This document shows, piece by piece, positions 27,825-36,952 of a stretch of 64,000 nucleotides of DNA. Numbering within the stretch: position 1 is the first letter of the stretch; each line of letters begins with the position of its first letter. The stretch is from assembly GCA_016928955.1 (NCBI GenBank), contig JAFGJV010000047.1:1-64000 (forward strand), in the 5' to 3' direction. Under the pieces are notes generated by a model. The model searched no databases and was not told the DNA's origin. It saw only the letters and a list, made by a program, of their open reading frames with translations. The DNA is from Spirochaetales bacterium (GTDB lineage Bacteria; Spirochaetota; Spirochaetia; Treponematales; UBA12059). The position numbers and the translations under genes were made by a program.

Positions 27825-28178
27825 ATGAAAGAACGCGACGAGCGATTGATAGAGGACAATATCGACGAGATGGCCCGGGCCATAGCGGCGGCGGATGATC
27901 CGGACCTCATAAAGCAGTTTTTGTACAGCTTGTTCACCCAGGCCGAGGCAGACGAGATAGCCAAGCGCTGGGCCCTGGTCAAACGGATAGCCGAGGGCGT
28001 GCCCCAGCGCACCATAGCCGCCGAGCTGGGCCTGTCCTTGTGCAAGATCACGCGCGGCTCCCGCGAGCTCAAGAAGGACCAGTCGGCGTTCAAGCGCATG
28101 CTCGGCATAGCCGGCTACAAGGCGGGGGACCGGACTCCGCGTTCCCACGGAACCGGTCCGACACCTAAAAAGAGCTGA
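27825..28178 (+). CDS. TrpR/YerC-YecD family HTH regulator
   Basis: LFTQAE..IAKRW, PQRTIAAELGLSLCKITRGSRELK. Confidence 0.85.
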   Translation: MKERDERLIEDNIDEMARAIAAADDPDLIKQFLYSLFTQAEADEIAKRWALVKRIAEGVPQRTIAAELGLSLCKITRGSRELKKDQSAFKRMLGIAGYKAGDRTPRSHGTGPTPKKS

Positions 28179-28202
28179 CGCTCCGGGCCCCGGCCGCCGT
28201 CG

Positions 28203-28709
28203 TTACTGGCTGACGGTGGCCGAGGTGACCACCACGTCCGTCAGGGGCACGTTCTGGTGGGGATAGCGGTCGCCGGTCTTGACTGCCGCTATGGCGTCCA
28301 CCGTGTCCATGCCTGACACCACCTTGCCGAACACGCAGTAGCCCCAGCCGCGCTCGTTTTTTCCGCTGTGGTTCAGGCCGGCGTTGTCGACCAGATTGAT
28401 GAAGAACTGGCTGGTGGCGCTGTGCGGGTCGGATGTCCGGGCCATGGACAGGGTACCGCGCTCGTTCTTGGCGCCATTGTCCGCCTCGTTCTGTATGGGC
28501 TGGCCGTTGGGCTTTTCCTTCATGCCGGCCACCAGCCCGCCGCCCTGCACCACAAAACCGGGTATGACGCGGTGGAAGATGGTGCCGTCATAAAAACTGG
28601 ACGTTACGTAGTCCAGGAAATTCTTTACCGTTATGGGGCTTTTGTTCTCGAACAGCTCGACACTGAAGTCACCCACGCTCGTCTTGAACACTACAACTGG
28701 ATTAGGCAT
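28203..28709 (-). CDS. ppiB: Cytoplasmic cyclophilin-type PPIase
   Basis: FYDGTIFHRVIPGFVVQGGG, MARTSDPHSATSQFFIN, WGYCVFGKV. Confidence 0.93.
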   Translation of the reverse strand: MPNPVVVFKTSVGDFSVELFENKSPITVKNFLDYVTSSFYDGTIFHRVIPGFVVQGGGLVAGMKEKPNGQPIQNEADNGAKNERGTLSMARTSDPHSATSQFFINLVDNAGLNHSGKNERGWGYCVFGKVVSGMDTVDAIAAVKTGDRYPHQNVPLTDVVVTSATVSQ

Positions 28710-28852
28710 GCAAAACGCTCCTCTCATGCTTGTTACGGCAACCCGGCAAGCATACCGTGGGCCGGAGCGGGCTTACAAGCCCGGCCTGGAGCTTTACAAC
28801 GGCGGGAGCGCCGCCTACAATGCGTACAGTCGTACCCCCAGGAGGCCATAAC

Positions 28853-29539
28853 GTGACCACTGTCCTGTCCCTCGGAGGCTCCATCGTCGCGCCGGACGGC
28901 CCGGATCCCGATTTCCTGAAAAAATTCGCGGCCGTTGTCAGGGCCTGGCTTGCCGCGGACGCCGAGCGCCGCTTGATACTGGTCGTAGGCGGCGGAGGTC
29001 CGGCCAGGACCTGGCAGAAGGCGTACCGCGCCTGCGCTTCCGAGGCAGACGCCGACGCCCAGGACTGGATAGGCATCATGGCCACCCGGCTGAACGCCCA
29101 GCTGGTGCGCAGTCTCTTCCTGGATCTCTGTCCCCACGAGGTGGTCACCGATCCCACGTCGGTCACCGTGTTCGGAGGGCGCATACTGGTGGGCTCGGGA
29201 TGGAAGCCGGGTTTTTCCACGGATTACGACGCCGTGGTGCTGGCCGAGCGCTTTGGAGCCACCGAACTGATCAACCTGTCCAACATAGCCAAGGTGTACA
29301 GCGCGGATCCCAAGGTGGATCCGGCGGCCAAGCCCGTGGACTCCATGTCCTGGGACGATTTCAGGGCCATGGTGGGCGACGAGTGGGTGCCGGGTAAAAA
29401 TGTCCCCTTTGACCCGGTTGCGTCGCGCCGAGCCCATGAGCTTGGCATAAAGGTGGTATTCGCCGCCGGTTCGAACCTGGACAACCTGCGGGCTATCCTG
29501 GACGGCACGACCTTTGAGGGAACGGTCATAGGCGCCTGA
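28853..29539 (+). CDS. pyrH: UMP kinase, archaeal/spirochaete type
   Basis: VLSLGGSIV, VVGGGGPAR, GWKPGFSTDYDAV, VYSADPK, PFDPVA; GGAGG RBS before GTG. Confidence 0.9.
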   Translation: MTTVLSLGGSIVAPDGPDPDFLKKFAAVVRAWLAADAERRLILVVGGGGPARTWQKAYRACASEADADAQDWIGIMATRLNAQLVRSLFLDLCPHEVVTDPTSVTVFGGRILVGSGWKPGFSTDYDAVVLAERFGATELINLSNIAKVYSADPKVDPAAKPVDSMSWDDFRAMVGDEWVPGKNVPFDPVASRRAHELGIKVVFAAGSNLDNLRAILDGTTFEGTVIGA

Positions 29540-29553
29540 GCCGGGAAGGGGTC

Positions 29554-30204
29554 TCAGTCCAGGTGCGCCCTGCACGTCATGGAGAACAGCTCCTGGGTGT
29601 GGCTATAGGCTTTTTCTCTGGGAGGGAAGCCCGCGTCGAACTCGGCCGCCTTGGCCGGGTCTAGATTGTACGCGTCGCTATAAAAAAAGCGGTATGCCTT
29701 TGGAGCTTTGAAAAAATCCGGCCTGAGGGGCAGTACGAGCAGGCCGAGCGGGTGGCGTCCTTGCGGATCGGACACGTTCAGGTCCACGCAGTTGCGGAAG
29801 CCGCTTTTACAGTAGTTGTGCGGGTCTCCCAGGATCACTATGGCCGGGTAAGCGCGTTCCTCCGCCAAGGAGCGCGTGCGGGTTATGAGCGCGGTGCCTA
29901 TGCCCCGCCGCTGATAATCCGGATGGACGCACAGGGGGCCAAACGTCAGGGTGTCCACGGATATGCCCGCGGGGTCCACCAGCCTGGAGCTGGTGCATAT
30001 GATGCTTCCAACCAACCTGCCGTCAACAAGGGCCACCAGTTCCAGGTCCGGAATGTAATCGGGGTGCTCGCGCATCGTGTGCGCGAGGTAGTGCTCGTCG
30101 CAGCCGGGTACATACAGGTTCCAGAAGGCGTCCCTGGTCAGTTCCTCCACGGCCCGGTACTCGCTGGGGCGCACCTGGCGGATATCCGCTTGTATCGTCG
30201 TCAT
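29554..30204 (-). CDS. GNAT N-acetyltransferase
   Basis: AFWNLYVPGCDEHYL, FGPLCVHPDYQRRGIG acetyl-CoA motif. Confidence 0.9.
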   Translation of the reverse strand: MTTIQADIRQVRPSEYRAVEELTRDAFWNLYVPGCDEHYLAHTMREHPDYIPDLELVALVDGRLVGSIICTSSRLVDPAGISVDTLTFGPLCVHPDYQRRGIGTALITRTRSLAEERAYPAIVILGDPHNYCKSGFRNCVDLNVSDPQGRHPLGLLVLPLRPDFFKAPKAYRFFYSDAYNLDPAKAAEFDAGFPPREKAYSHTQELFSMTCRAHLD

Positions 30205-31136
30205 TCGGTTCCCGCTATGCTGTCCAGGATGGCCTTGTAGCGCTGTGCGTAATCGTCCCGGCCCGTGTTTGCCGCCAGTTCGATCAGGACGACCAGGCAG
30301 CGCCGGGCGTCGTCCACGCGGTTCATGGCCACCCACAGGCCGAATGCCCGCCTATAGAAGTTGAATGCGTCGTTCTCAAGGCCCGCCTTGCGTTTGAGGC
30401 TGCCCAAAGCCTCCAGGTCGGATCCTATGCCCAGGGTGTTTTCGGCGGTCTTGTCCGCCGCCAGGGCGCGTTGGGCCCATATCAGGGCGTCAGCGGTCTT
30501 TCCTTGGGCGTTCGTGATGGACGCCAGCACGTAGCGATTGGATCCGAGCTCGACCCACAGTTTTGCCCGCTCGTTGGCGGACTCGGCCTTCAGCACGTAG
30601 TCGTAGGCCGTTTCCAGGTCGCCCCGGGCCATGGCGGTCACGCCTATGTTGTGCGCCACCACCGCCCATACGGGGTCGCCGGACGGAGCCAGGTCCTCGG
30701 CGTCGCTGAAAAACAGGTCGGCGCTTTCAAGATCGCCCCGGCGGTGGGCCAGCTCGCCCAGGTTTGACAGGCCCAGGGCTATGAGGGCGGCCTTGCCGTA
30801 TGCCCGAGCGTCGGTCAGGGCGTCGCCGAACTCCCTGGCCGCGTCATCCAGGCGGCCCAGGGCCATGAACGAGCGTCCGAGCGAATTGCGCGCCTTGATG
30901 GAGCCTTCCACATTGTCTACGCTGAGGTTGGCGTCCAGGGCTTCCGTGTAGTACTGGACCGCGGACGCGTACTGGCCCAGGAAGTAGAACCCGTCGGCCA
31001 GGGCAAGGTATTCGGCCGCCTCGTTTTTCTTCTCTACCACGGCGGCCTGGCGTTTGGGCGCGGACGAGCATGAGGCCAGGCCCAGTACCAGGGCCGCGGC
31101 CAGGCAGCGCCTAAGGACCACGCTGAAGGCTTTCAT
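30201..31136 (-). CDS. TPR-repeat lipoprotein
   Basis: Lipobox LASC; helical repeats NSLG/NLG/NIG. Confidence 0.8.
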   Translation of the reverse strand: MKAFSVVLRRCLAAALVLGLASCSSAPKRQAAVVEKKNEAAEYLALADGFYFLGQYASAVQYYTEALDANLSVDNVEGSIKARNSLGRSFMALGRLDDAAREFGDALTDARAYGKAALIALGLSNLGELAHRRGDLESADLFFSDAEDLAPSGDPVWAVVAHNIGVTAMARGDLETAYDYVLKAESANERAKLWVELGSNRYVLASITNAQGKTADALIWAQRALAADKTAENTLGIGSDLEALGSLKRKAGLENDAFNFYRRAFGLWVAMNRVDDARRCLVVLIELAANTGRDDYAQRYKAILDSIAGTE

Positions 31137-32251
31137 TCGAAGCTCCCTTCCCGCATGCTGCCGTAGAGGGAACCCTGCTCCGCGGATTCGGTGATGCCGC
31201 CGCGTATCAGGGGGTTGTTCTTGACGCCTTCCAGCACGTCCTGAGCCTGCTGTATGGCCACGCGGGTTTCGTTGAGTACGGCGGCTATTTTGGGCATCTC
31301 GCCGTTCAGGCCGGTGACTATGCCCTGAAGGCTCCTGACTGCCGCCTCGATCTCCTCGACAATGGATATGATGTGCTTGTACAGGGCGTTGTCGTCGTCC
31401 AGGAGCGTTTTGAGCGACCCTTTGGGATCCAGCAGCTTGGGTATGAGGCCTGTGGGGTCGGCCAGTTCGTCGCTGGCCAGGGCCAGGTTGCCCGTTACCG
31501 TGCCCACGTCCTTGGTGACCACCTGCAGGGCCAACACCAGGGACGATACCTGGTCCAAAAGGCCCGCCGTGCGCGCCTGCACGTCCGCCACGATGGCGTC
31601 TACCCTGTCCATGGTGCGCGGTATCTTGGCCACGCCGCGCGACAGGTCTTCCACAATGGTGCCCGCGGGACCGGAGCTCTGTCCGGCCAGGGCCCGGTTC
31701 ACTTCCGTCAGCGTGCGGTTGATGGTAACCACGGTTTTGTTGACGTTCTCAAGGAGGGGGTTCACCCCGGCCAAAAGCCGCGTGATGGTGTCGTCCTTGG
31801 GCGGAATAAGCACCAGGCCCTGCTCTATCCATGCCTGGCCGTCAGCGGAGTCGGCCGTGGCTATGAACTCGCCCTCGGGCAGCGGCTCGTCGCCCGTGCC
31901 GGGATGGAAGAGGAGCGACGATCCCAGGCCGATGGGCGACACGGTCAGTTCCAGCAGGCTGTAGCGTCGGACCAGGTGGTAGTACGTGTCGTATATGTGG
32001 AAATACACGTCCACCTTGTTGTCGTCGTTAAGGCTGATCTTGTCTATCTTGCCCACGGTGAAGCCGTTCATCACTATGGCCGTGCCCGGGGACACGCCGT
32101 TGGCGGACGAGAAGACCGTCCAGAACGAGTAGTCCTTGGCGAACCAGCGCTGGTTCACCCCCACCAGGATGACGATCACCGCCAGCATGGCCAGCGCCAC
32201 GATGATGAACAGGCCCACAATCTGGTCGGCGTACTTGATCTTGAATTTCAT
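31133..32251 (-). CDS. mlaD: MlaD/MCE family protein
   Basis: N-terminal TM, F..ANGV..G..I..NG..VGKI MCE motif, long helical tail. Confidence 0.88.
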   Translation of the reverse strand: MKFKIKYADQIVGLFIIVALAMLAVIVILVGVNQRWFAKDYSFWTVFSSANGVSPGTAIVMNGFTVGKIDKISLNDDNKVDVYFHIYDTYYHLVRRYSLLELTVSPIGLGSSLLFHPGTGDEPLPEGEFIATADSADGQAWIEQGLVLIPPKDDTITRLLAGVNPLLENVNKTVVTINRTLTEVNRALAGQSSGPAGTIVEDLSRGVAKIPRTMDRVDAIVADVQARTAGLLDQVSSLVLALQVVTKDVGTVTGNLALASDELADPTGLIPKLLDPKGSLKTLLDDDNALYKHIISIVEEIEAAVRSLQGIVTGLNGEMPKIAAVLNETRVAIQQAQDVLEGVKNNPLIRGGITESAEQGSLYGSMREGSFE

Positions 32252-33081
32252 ACATCGCTCCGCTGTGACATTTCCGATCCCGCCTCTGCCTGCCCCGCGC
32301 TTGGCTTGGGCCCGACCCTGTCGCCGCGCGCCCTGAGCCGCGCCAGGGTTACGTCCAGTTCGCTTTCCGCCTTGGCGACCGTTTCTTCGTAGCGGCCAAA
32401 GGCCAGGAGGGCGCCGGATTTCAGCACCCCGAGGCAATCGGCGTAGCGATACGCCAGCTCGGAGTTGTTCGTCGTTATGATCACGGTTTTCCCCCGGCTT
32501 TTGAGCTCGGACAGCACCTCGTACAACTTGTCCATGCTGTCCTCGTCCAGGCTTGAGCCCGGGTCGTCCATGAATACCAGGCTCGGGTCGTGGACCAGGG
32601 CGCGGGCTATGGATACCAGCTTCTGCTCGCCCGACGACAGGTCCACCGGACGGAGGGCCAAACCCTCGGTCCAGCCCAGCCGGGACAGCGTGGCCCGTAC
32701 TTTTTCCGCCAGCTCGGCCTGGTTGAGCTTGGGCTGGTGCACCCGCAGCGGTATGGCCACGTTGTCCTGGATGCTGGTATTTGCCCAGAGGGCCGCGTCC
32801 TGGAACACAAAGCCGCTGGCCGCCCGGAAGGCAAGTTCCTCCTTGCGGCCGAAGCGGCCCATATCTTGCCCGCGGAACAGCACGACCCCTTCCGCCGGCG
32901 GCAGAAGCCCGGCGGCCATCTTGATCAGCGAGCTCTTGCCCGAGCCCGTGGAGCCGAGTATCACCGTGGTGGCGCCTTCTGGGAAGGCCACCGACAGACG
33001 CTTGAACACCTCGTATTCGCCCGATACCGCCGTGGCGTCGCGCAATTCTATGGCCGCGGTGGCCGCGGTGGCGTCAGGCAT
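32248..33081 (-). CDS. mlaF: MlaF-like ABC ATP-binding protein (atypical motifs)
   Basis: GSTGSGKS, GFVFQDAALW; located between mlaE and mlaD. Confidence 0.82.
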   Translation of the reverse strand: MPDATAATAAIELRDATAVSGEYEVFKRLSVAFPEGATTVILGSTGSGKSSLIKMAAGLLPPAEGVVLFRGQDMGRFGRKEELAFRAASGFVFQDAALWANTSIQDNVAIPLRVHQPKLNQAELAEKVRATLSRLGWTEGLALRPVDLSSGEQKLVSIARALVHDPSLVFMDDPGSSLDEDSMDKLYEVLSELKSRGKTVIITTNNSELAYRYADCLGVLKSGALLAFGRYEETVAKAESELDVTLARLRARGDRVGPKPSAGQAEAGSEMSQRSDV

Positions 33082-33862
33082 ACTGCATAAGGGTGACCAC
33101 GACGTCGGTCACGATGATCAGGATGAAGCTCTGGCCCACGGCCCTGATGCCGGCCACCGGAATTTCCGTGCTTGCCCGGTTCACGGAGAAGCCCTGGTAG
33201 GTGGACACCACGGATACCACCATGCCGAACACCAGGGCCTTCATGATGCCCGACAGCACGTCGGTGACGGTCAGAATGGAAAGGAGCTTGCCCATGTACT
33301 CGATGATGGGCGTCGGCGTCGGATTCAAGAATTGGGCGACCACGTACGAACCAAGGAGCCCGAACAGGTTGAAATACACGGTCAGGATGACGATGGATAC
33401 CGTGACGCCTATGACGCGCGGCACCACCAGGTAGGATATGGGATTCAGGCCTACTGCCATGTACGCTTCTATCTCGTGGTGGACGACCATGGTGCCCAGC
33501 TCGGTGGCTATGGCCGTGCCCGAGCGGGCCGTGATCACAAAGGCCGTGAGCAGGGGGCCGAGTTCCCTGGTGATGACGATGATCAGCATGCTGTACATCA
33601 GCTGGCTCTGGCCGAACTGCTGCTGTATGCTGGAGCCTATCACGTTGACGGCCGCCCCTATGGCTATGGCCATGATGGCCGTTATGCCCAGCGCCTCGTA
33701 CCCGGTGAAAAGTATCTGATTCCGCAGCACCCAGTATCCCACCTGGCTCTTGCGGAAGAAGCGGCCGGTCTCCTTGAGCACCTCGTAGAAAAACCCTAGG
33801 GCGTACAGGAGCCTGGATGAGTAGGATCGGGCTTTGGAGCCGAGGGAGGAAAGGAGCTTCAT
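33074..33862 (-). CDS. mlaE: MlaE family ABC permease
   Basis: TRELGPLLTA..ITARSGTAIATELGTM...EIEA, YLVVPR. Confidence 0.92.
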   Translation of the reverse strand: MKLLSSLGSKARSYSSRLLYALGFFYEVLKETGRFFRKSQVGYWVLRNQILFTGYEALGITAIMAIAIGAAVNVIGSSIQQQFGQSQLMYSMLIIVITRELGPLLTAFVITARSGTAIATELGTMVVHHEIEAYMAVGLNPISYLVVPRVIGVTVSIVILTVYFNLFGLLGSYVVAQFLNPTPTPIIEYMGKLLSILTVTDVLSGIMKALVFGMVVSVVSTYQGFSVNRASTEIPVAGIRAVGQSFILIIVTDVVVTLMQYA

Positions 33863-34067
33863 AGCGCTTACGCACAGTATCGCCCGCCTTTCCCTTCTTT
33901 TCAACGGGCGGGCGGGCGGCTTTGGGCGCGGCGCGGAGAAAATATATGGATTCGCGCCCGATTTGTGGGTATTATAAACCCTGGATCGACAAAATCGCGG
34001 CGCCGCACGGGCCGCGATCCGGGCGCCCGCGAGCGGGGCCCCATACCGAAGCCGGATGGAGGATGCC

Positions 34068-34670
34068 ATGACCCACGACCTTGCCTCTGCACAGACAGCC
34101 CGCGGTCTTGAGCCGCTCAGGCAGGCGACCATAGACCGCCTGACGGACGCGTTCGCGGCCGACTATATATCCATGGACGAGTACGAGCGCAGGGCTGCCC
34201 TTGCCAGCTCGGCGACCATGCCGGCCGCCCTCGACGAGCTGGTTGTTGACCTGCCAGCCCAGGCTCCCAGGCCCGAGAGTCCCGGTGTCCGGGCGCGTTC
34301 CCGCCTTTCCAGCCATCTGGTCGGCGCACCGCCCGTTACCACGGGTTGCGTCATGGGCGACCGCCACCTCACGGGCAACTGGCTCACCAGCGACCGCGTT
34401 TCCACTTTTACCGTCATGGGTTCCACCAAGATAGACCTCCGGGACTCGGACCTGCCCCCGGGCGCCACGCGCATCGAGGTGTTCAACCTCATGGGCGAGA
34501 CGCAGATTGTGGTGCCCCGGGACCTGCCCGTGCGCTTGTCGGCCTTCGCCCTGATGGCAGAAAGCCGCGCCGACCGCAACGTCAACCAGCAAACCCGAGG
34601 CGCCGACAGCTGGATCGAGGTAAGCGGTTTTGTGATGATGGGCGAGCTCAGGGTCAGGGCCCTGGACTGA
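34068..34670 (+). CDS. DUF1707 (SHOCT-like) + LiaF/DUF2154-like envelope-stress protein
   Basis: L..AFA.DYISMDEYERR..L..LV.DLP, then beta-repeat MG motifs; GGAGG RBS. Confidence 0.8.
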   Translation: MTHDLASAQTARGLEPLRQATIDRLTDAFAADYISMDEYERRAALASSATMPAALDELVVDLPAQAPRPESPGVRARSRLSSHLVGAPPVTTGCVMGDRHLTGNWLTSDRVSTFTVMGSTKIDLRDSDLPPGATRIEVFNLMGETQIVVPRDLPVRLSAFALMAESRADRNVNQQTRGADSWIEVSGFVMMGELRVRALD

Positions 34671-34713
34671 CGCGCTAACGCCGACCGGACGCTGAAGACG
34701 ATAGGAGCATACA

Positions 34714-34959
34714 GTGACTGTGGAAGTTCTCGGGGTTCTTCTGCCTTTTGGCCTGGCGGGACTGACCTTTGGGTTTATCCTGCTTCTGAGCAGGAGCAAG
34801 ACCAGGATCCAGGAGCTCAAGCTCAAGAAGGAAATCATGGAGCTTGAGCTGAGGAAGACCGAGGCCCAAATGGCCGCTCTGGACGCCGAGAATGCGCGGC
34901 ATGACCGACTGCTGGCCGCCCGCATAGAGGATGCGGCCAGGAGCGGCGGGGGGAACTAG
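34714..34959 (+). CDS. Small single-TM coiled-coil protein
   Basis: AGGAG RBS, GTG start, TM followed by coiled coil. Confidence 0.65.
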   Translation: MTVEVLGVLLPFGLAGLTFGFILLLSRSKTRIQELKLKKEIMELELRKTEAQMAALDAENARHDRLLAARIEDAARSGGGN

Positions 34960-34980
34960 CTTTCTTCCGATGCCGGCCTT

Positions 34981-36405
34981 TTAGATTTTGTCTATGAGCA
35001 TAGAGCACTTGCCCGAGGGTATGGGCAGGGTCTTTTTCTTCTTGTTCAGCACATTGATGGTGAAATAGTACAGTTTCTCGGACTCCATGTGGATTTCCCA
35101 GCCGCGACCGCTCTTGTTCGACAATATGGTCACCATGTTGCGCTTGAGACTCAGGTTCTCTATGCCCATGATTTCCAGGTTGGGGATGATCCAGTCCACG
35201 GTTTTGCGCGGCAACGACACCGCAAGCCCTATGATGTTCTCTATCATGAGCGCGATGGTGGCAAGTCCGGCAAAAGCCAGGTACTGGGGTCTTGGCCAGT
35301 CGGGCTTGTCCGGCCACACCGCCTTGCCTTCATTCTGGGGCTGGTAGGCCTCCCAGAGCACCTGGTGCCGCTCGCCGTTGGGGTGGGCTGAGTCCAGGAT
35401 GAAATATAGGTGCCGGATGGCGCAGTCCCGGGCCAGTTCCCACTGGTTGTACTTTTCAAGCCCCTTGATCACCATATATGTGAAATGCGGCAACACCGAG
35501 CCGTTGTAGCCCAGCCCGCGTTTGTCGTACAGCTCGTTGTCCGCCGACAAGGTGGGGAAGGGGTTCTCGGTTCCAAAGGTCGCCGGATCGGTGAGGTGGG
35601 CTATCAGGGCTTCCGCGCGCTCCTCGTTGGGAATCTCGGCCAGAAGGGGCCATATGCCGCCAATGGTCTTGATGCGTACCTGGCGCTCGCCGGCGTCTAT
35701 GTCGTAGTAGTAGCCGTCGTCGGCGTTCCACATCATGTTGTTGATACGCGTCTTGAGCGAGAAATAGTTGCGTTTGTACTGGAAGCTGGTGTCTTTGTCG
35801 TTCAGGATGTCGCCAAGGGCGGACATGTACAGGGCGTTGATGGCCATGGCCGCGTTGAAGTCCACGTGGTACACGGCCCCGTCCCTGGGCGAGTTGCGCA
35901 TGCCCGTGGCAGCCACTGGTACCTCGTACAGGCCGTTGGGCTTTTTGAACGTGCCCTCGATCCAGGCGTAGTAGCGCTGGAGCACGGGCATCACTTCCTT
36001 GACCCTCTTTTTATTGGCCGACTTGTGGTACAGGTTATATTCGGCCCAGGCAAAGAGGGGCAACATCAGGCCTTCAGGGTTCTCTTTGTCCTTGACCGGC
36101 TTGCCGGACTCTACGTCGTATGCCCAGCGTATGGCGCCGTTCTTCTCCTGCTTGGAGTACAGGGCGTCAAGGCCGTTGGATGCAGCGTAGATGCGGTTCG
36201 AGTAGACCAGGAAGAACGACGAAAATATCTGCTCAAGCTGGTCCAGACGGTGCTGGGGAGGGTAATAGAAGAACTTCCCGCCGCCAATGCCGCTGGAAGT
36301 TCCGCCTGTTGCCCAGCAGTCGGCGACCCAGGCCCACGTCCGATCGTATATATCGACGAAGTCTTGGTCATAGAAGTGTATTCTAGGAAAATCCCGTTTA
36401 TTCAA
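34981..36405 (-). CDS. Glycoside hydrolase, GH63/trehalase-like (MGH1-like) (alpha/alpha)6 family
   Basis: TGMRNSPR, VDFNA, MMWNADDGYYYD, PFPTLSAD..Y..YNGSV, LWEAYQP; GGGGAG RBS before TTG. Confidence 0.8.
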   Translation of the reverse strand: MNKRDFPRIHFYDQDFVDIYDRTWAWVADCWATGGTSSGIGGGKFFYYPPQHRLDQLEQIFSSFFLVYSNRIYAASNGLDALYSKQEKNGAIRWAYDVESGKPVKDKENPEGLMLPLFAWAEYNLYHKSANKKRVKEVMPVLQRYYAWIEGTFKKPNGLYEVPVAATGMRNSPRDGAVYHVDFNAAMAINALYMSALGDILNDKDTSFQYKRNYFSLKTRINNMMWNADDGYYYDIDAGERQVRIKTIGGIWPLLAEIPNEERAEALIAHLTDPATFGTENPFPTLSADNELYDKRGLGYNGSVLPHFTYMVIKGLEKYNQWELARDCAIRHLYFILDSAHPNGERHQVLWEAYQPQNEGKAVWPDKPDWPRPQYLAFAGLATIALMIENIIGLAVSLPRKTVDWIIPNLEIMGIENLSLKRNMVTILSNKSGRGWEIHMESEKLYYFTINVLNKKKKTLPIPSGKCSMLIDKI

Positions 36406-36610
36406 GGGTACCGCTCCCCTTTAATTCCTTTGCGAAAGTATCAATCAAACGCAAGATGTTGCAAGCCTTTTCAATCTAAATCTAGAAAAGCGACGGATAT
36501 AGAATATAATCGGCTCTCTATATTTTGTCAAATTCAATAATTCGTGGAGTGCCCCGGGCGCCGAACCCCTCCGGCGCAGGCGTGGGGCTCGGAAACAGGT
36601 GGATTCGGGC

Positions 36611-36638
36611 TTGATTTTTGTCCCGGTTATAGTAAATT
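36611..36638 (+). promoter_or_regulatory. Putative sigma70 promoter of the candidate ncRNA
   Basis: TTGATT-N16-TAAATT, with an overlapping TATAGT, in an AT-rich patch. Confidence 0.5.
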
Positions 36639-36644
36639 CATAGC

Positions 36645-36914
36645 AGGATTCATTGGAGACCAGCGTCTGGATGGACGGTATGGTCGTTCACCGGAGCGAG
36701 CATGAGGAGGCCTTCATGGATGCTCCGCCGTTCCTCTGTGCGCCGGCTTGACCGGCGGGATCCTTGGGCCGTAAGGCTTGTTGTTGATCCGTGATTCCTC
36801 CGAAGGACGTCCGACTTCGGACCAAAGACGCGCCTTTTGTAAGGCGCCGCCCGGCGCGTTGGCGTACGGGCACTCATAACGGGCCGCCCCCCGACCGGGG
36901 CGGCCGTTTTTTTT
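36645..36914 (+). ncRNA. Unassigned structured ncRNA candidate (~270 nt)
   Basis: Upstream promoter, about nine consecutive hairpins (one with a GTAA tetraloop), potential closing helix 36645-53/36791-99, strong terminator, no credible long ORF. Confidence 0.55.
36882..36914 (+). terminator. Intrinsic terminator
   Basis: GGCCGCCCC-N6-GGGGCGGCC followed by G + T8. Confidence 0.85.
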
Positions 36915-36941
36915 CAAGAACGGCTTGCGAAAGGCCGATTC
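36914..36941 (+). promoter_or_regulatory. Putative sigma28 promoter
   Basis: TCAA-N16-GCCGATTC, same layout as the rod-gene promoter. Confidence 0.5.
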
Positions 36942-36952
36942 GTTGAGAAGAT

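Noticed and set aside
28853..29539. Archaeal-type UMP kinase as a recent horizontal transfer
   Set aside because: This type is already known from spirochaetes and its codon usage looks native.
36547..36875. GAGTGCCC (36547) / GGGCACTC (36868) long-range inverted repeat as MITE ends or an RNA terminal helix
   Set aside because: Only 8 perfect bp in GC-rich DNA, each arm has a local pairing partner, and the left arm lies upstream of the predicted promoter.
36645..36914. Assignment of the structured RNA as RNase P, tmRNA, 6S or a known riboswitch
   Set aside because: No GAGGAAAGTCC core, no tRNA-like ends or tag ORF, no single long rod, and no aptamer consensus that I recognise on either strand.
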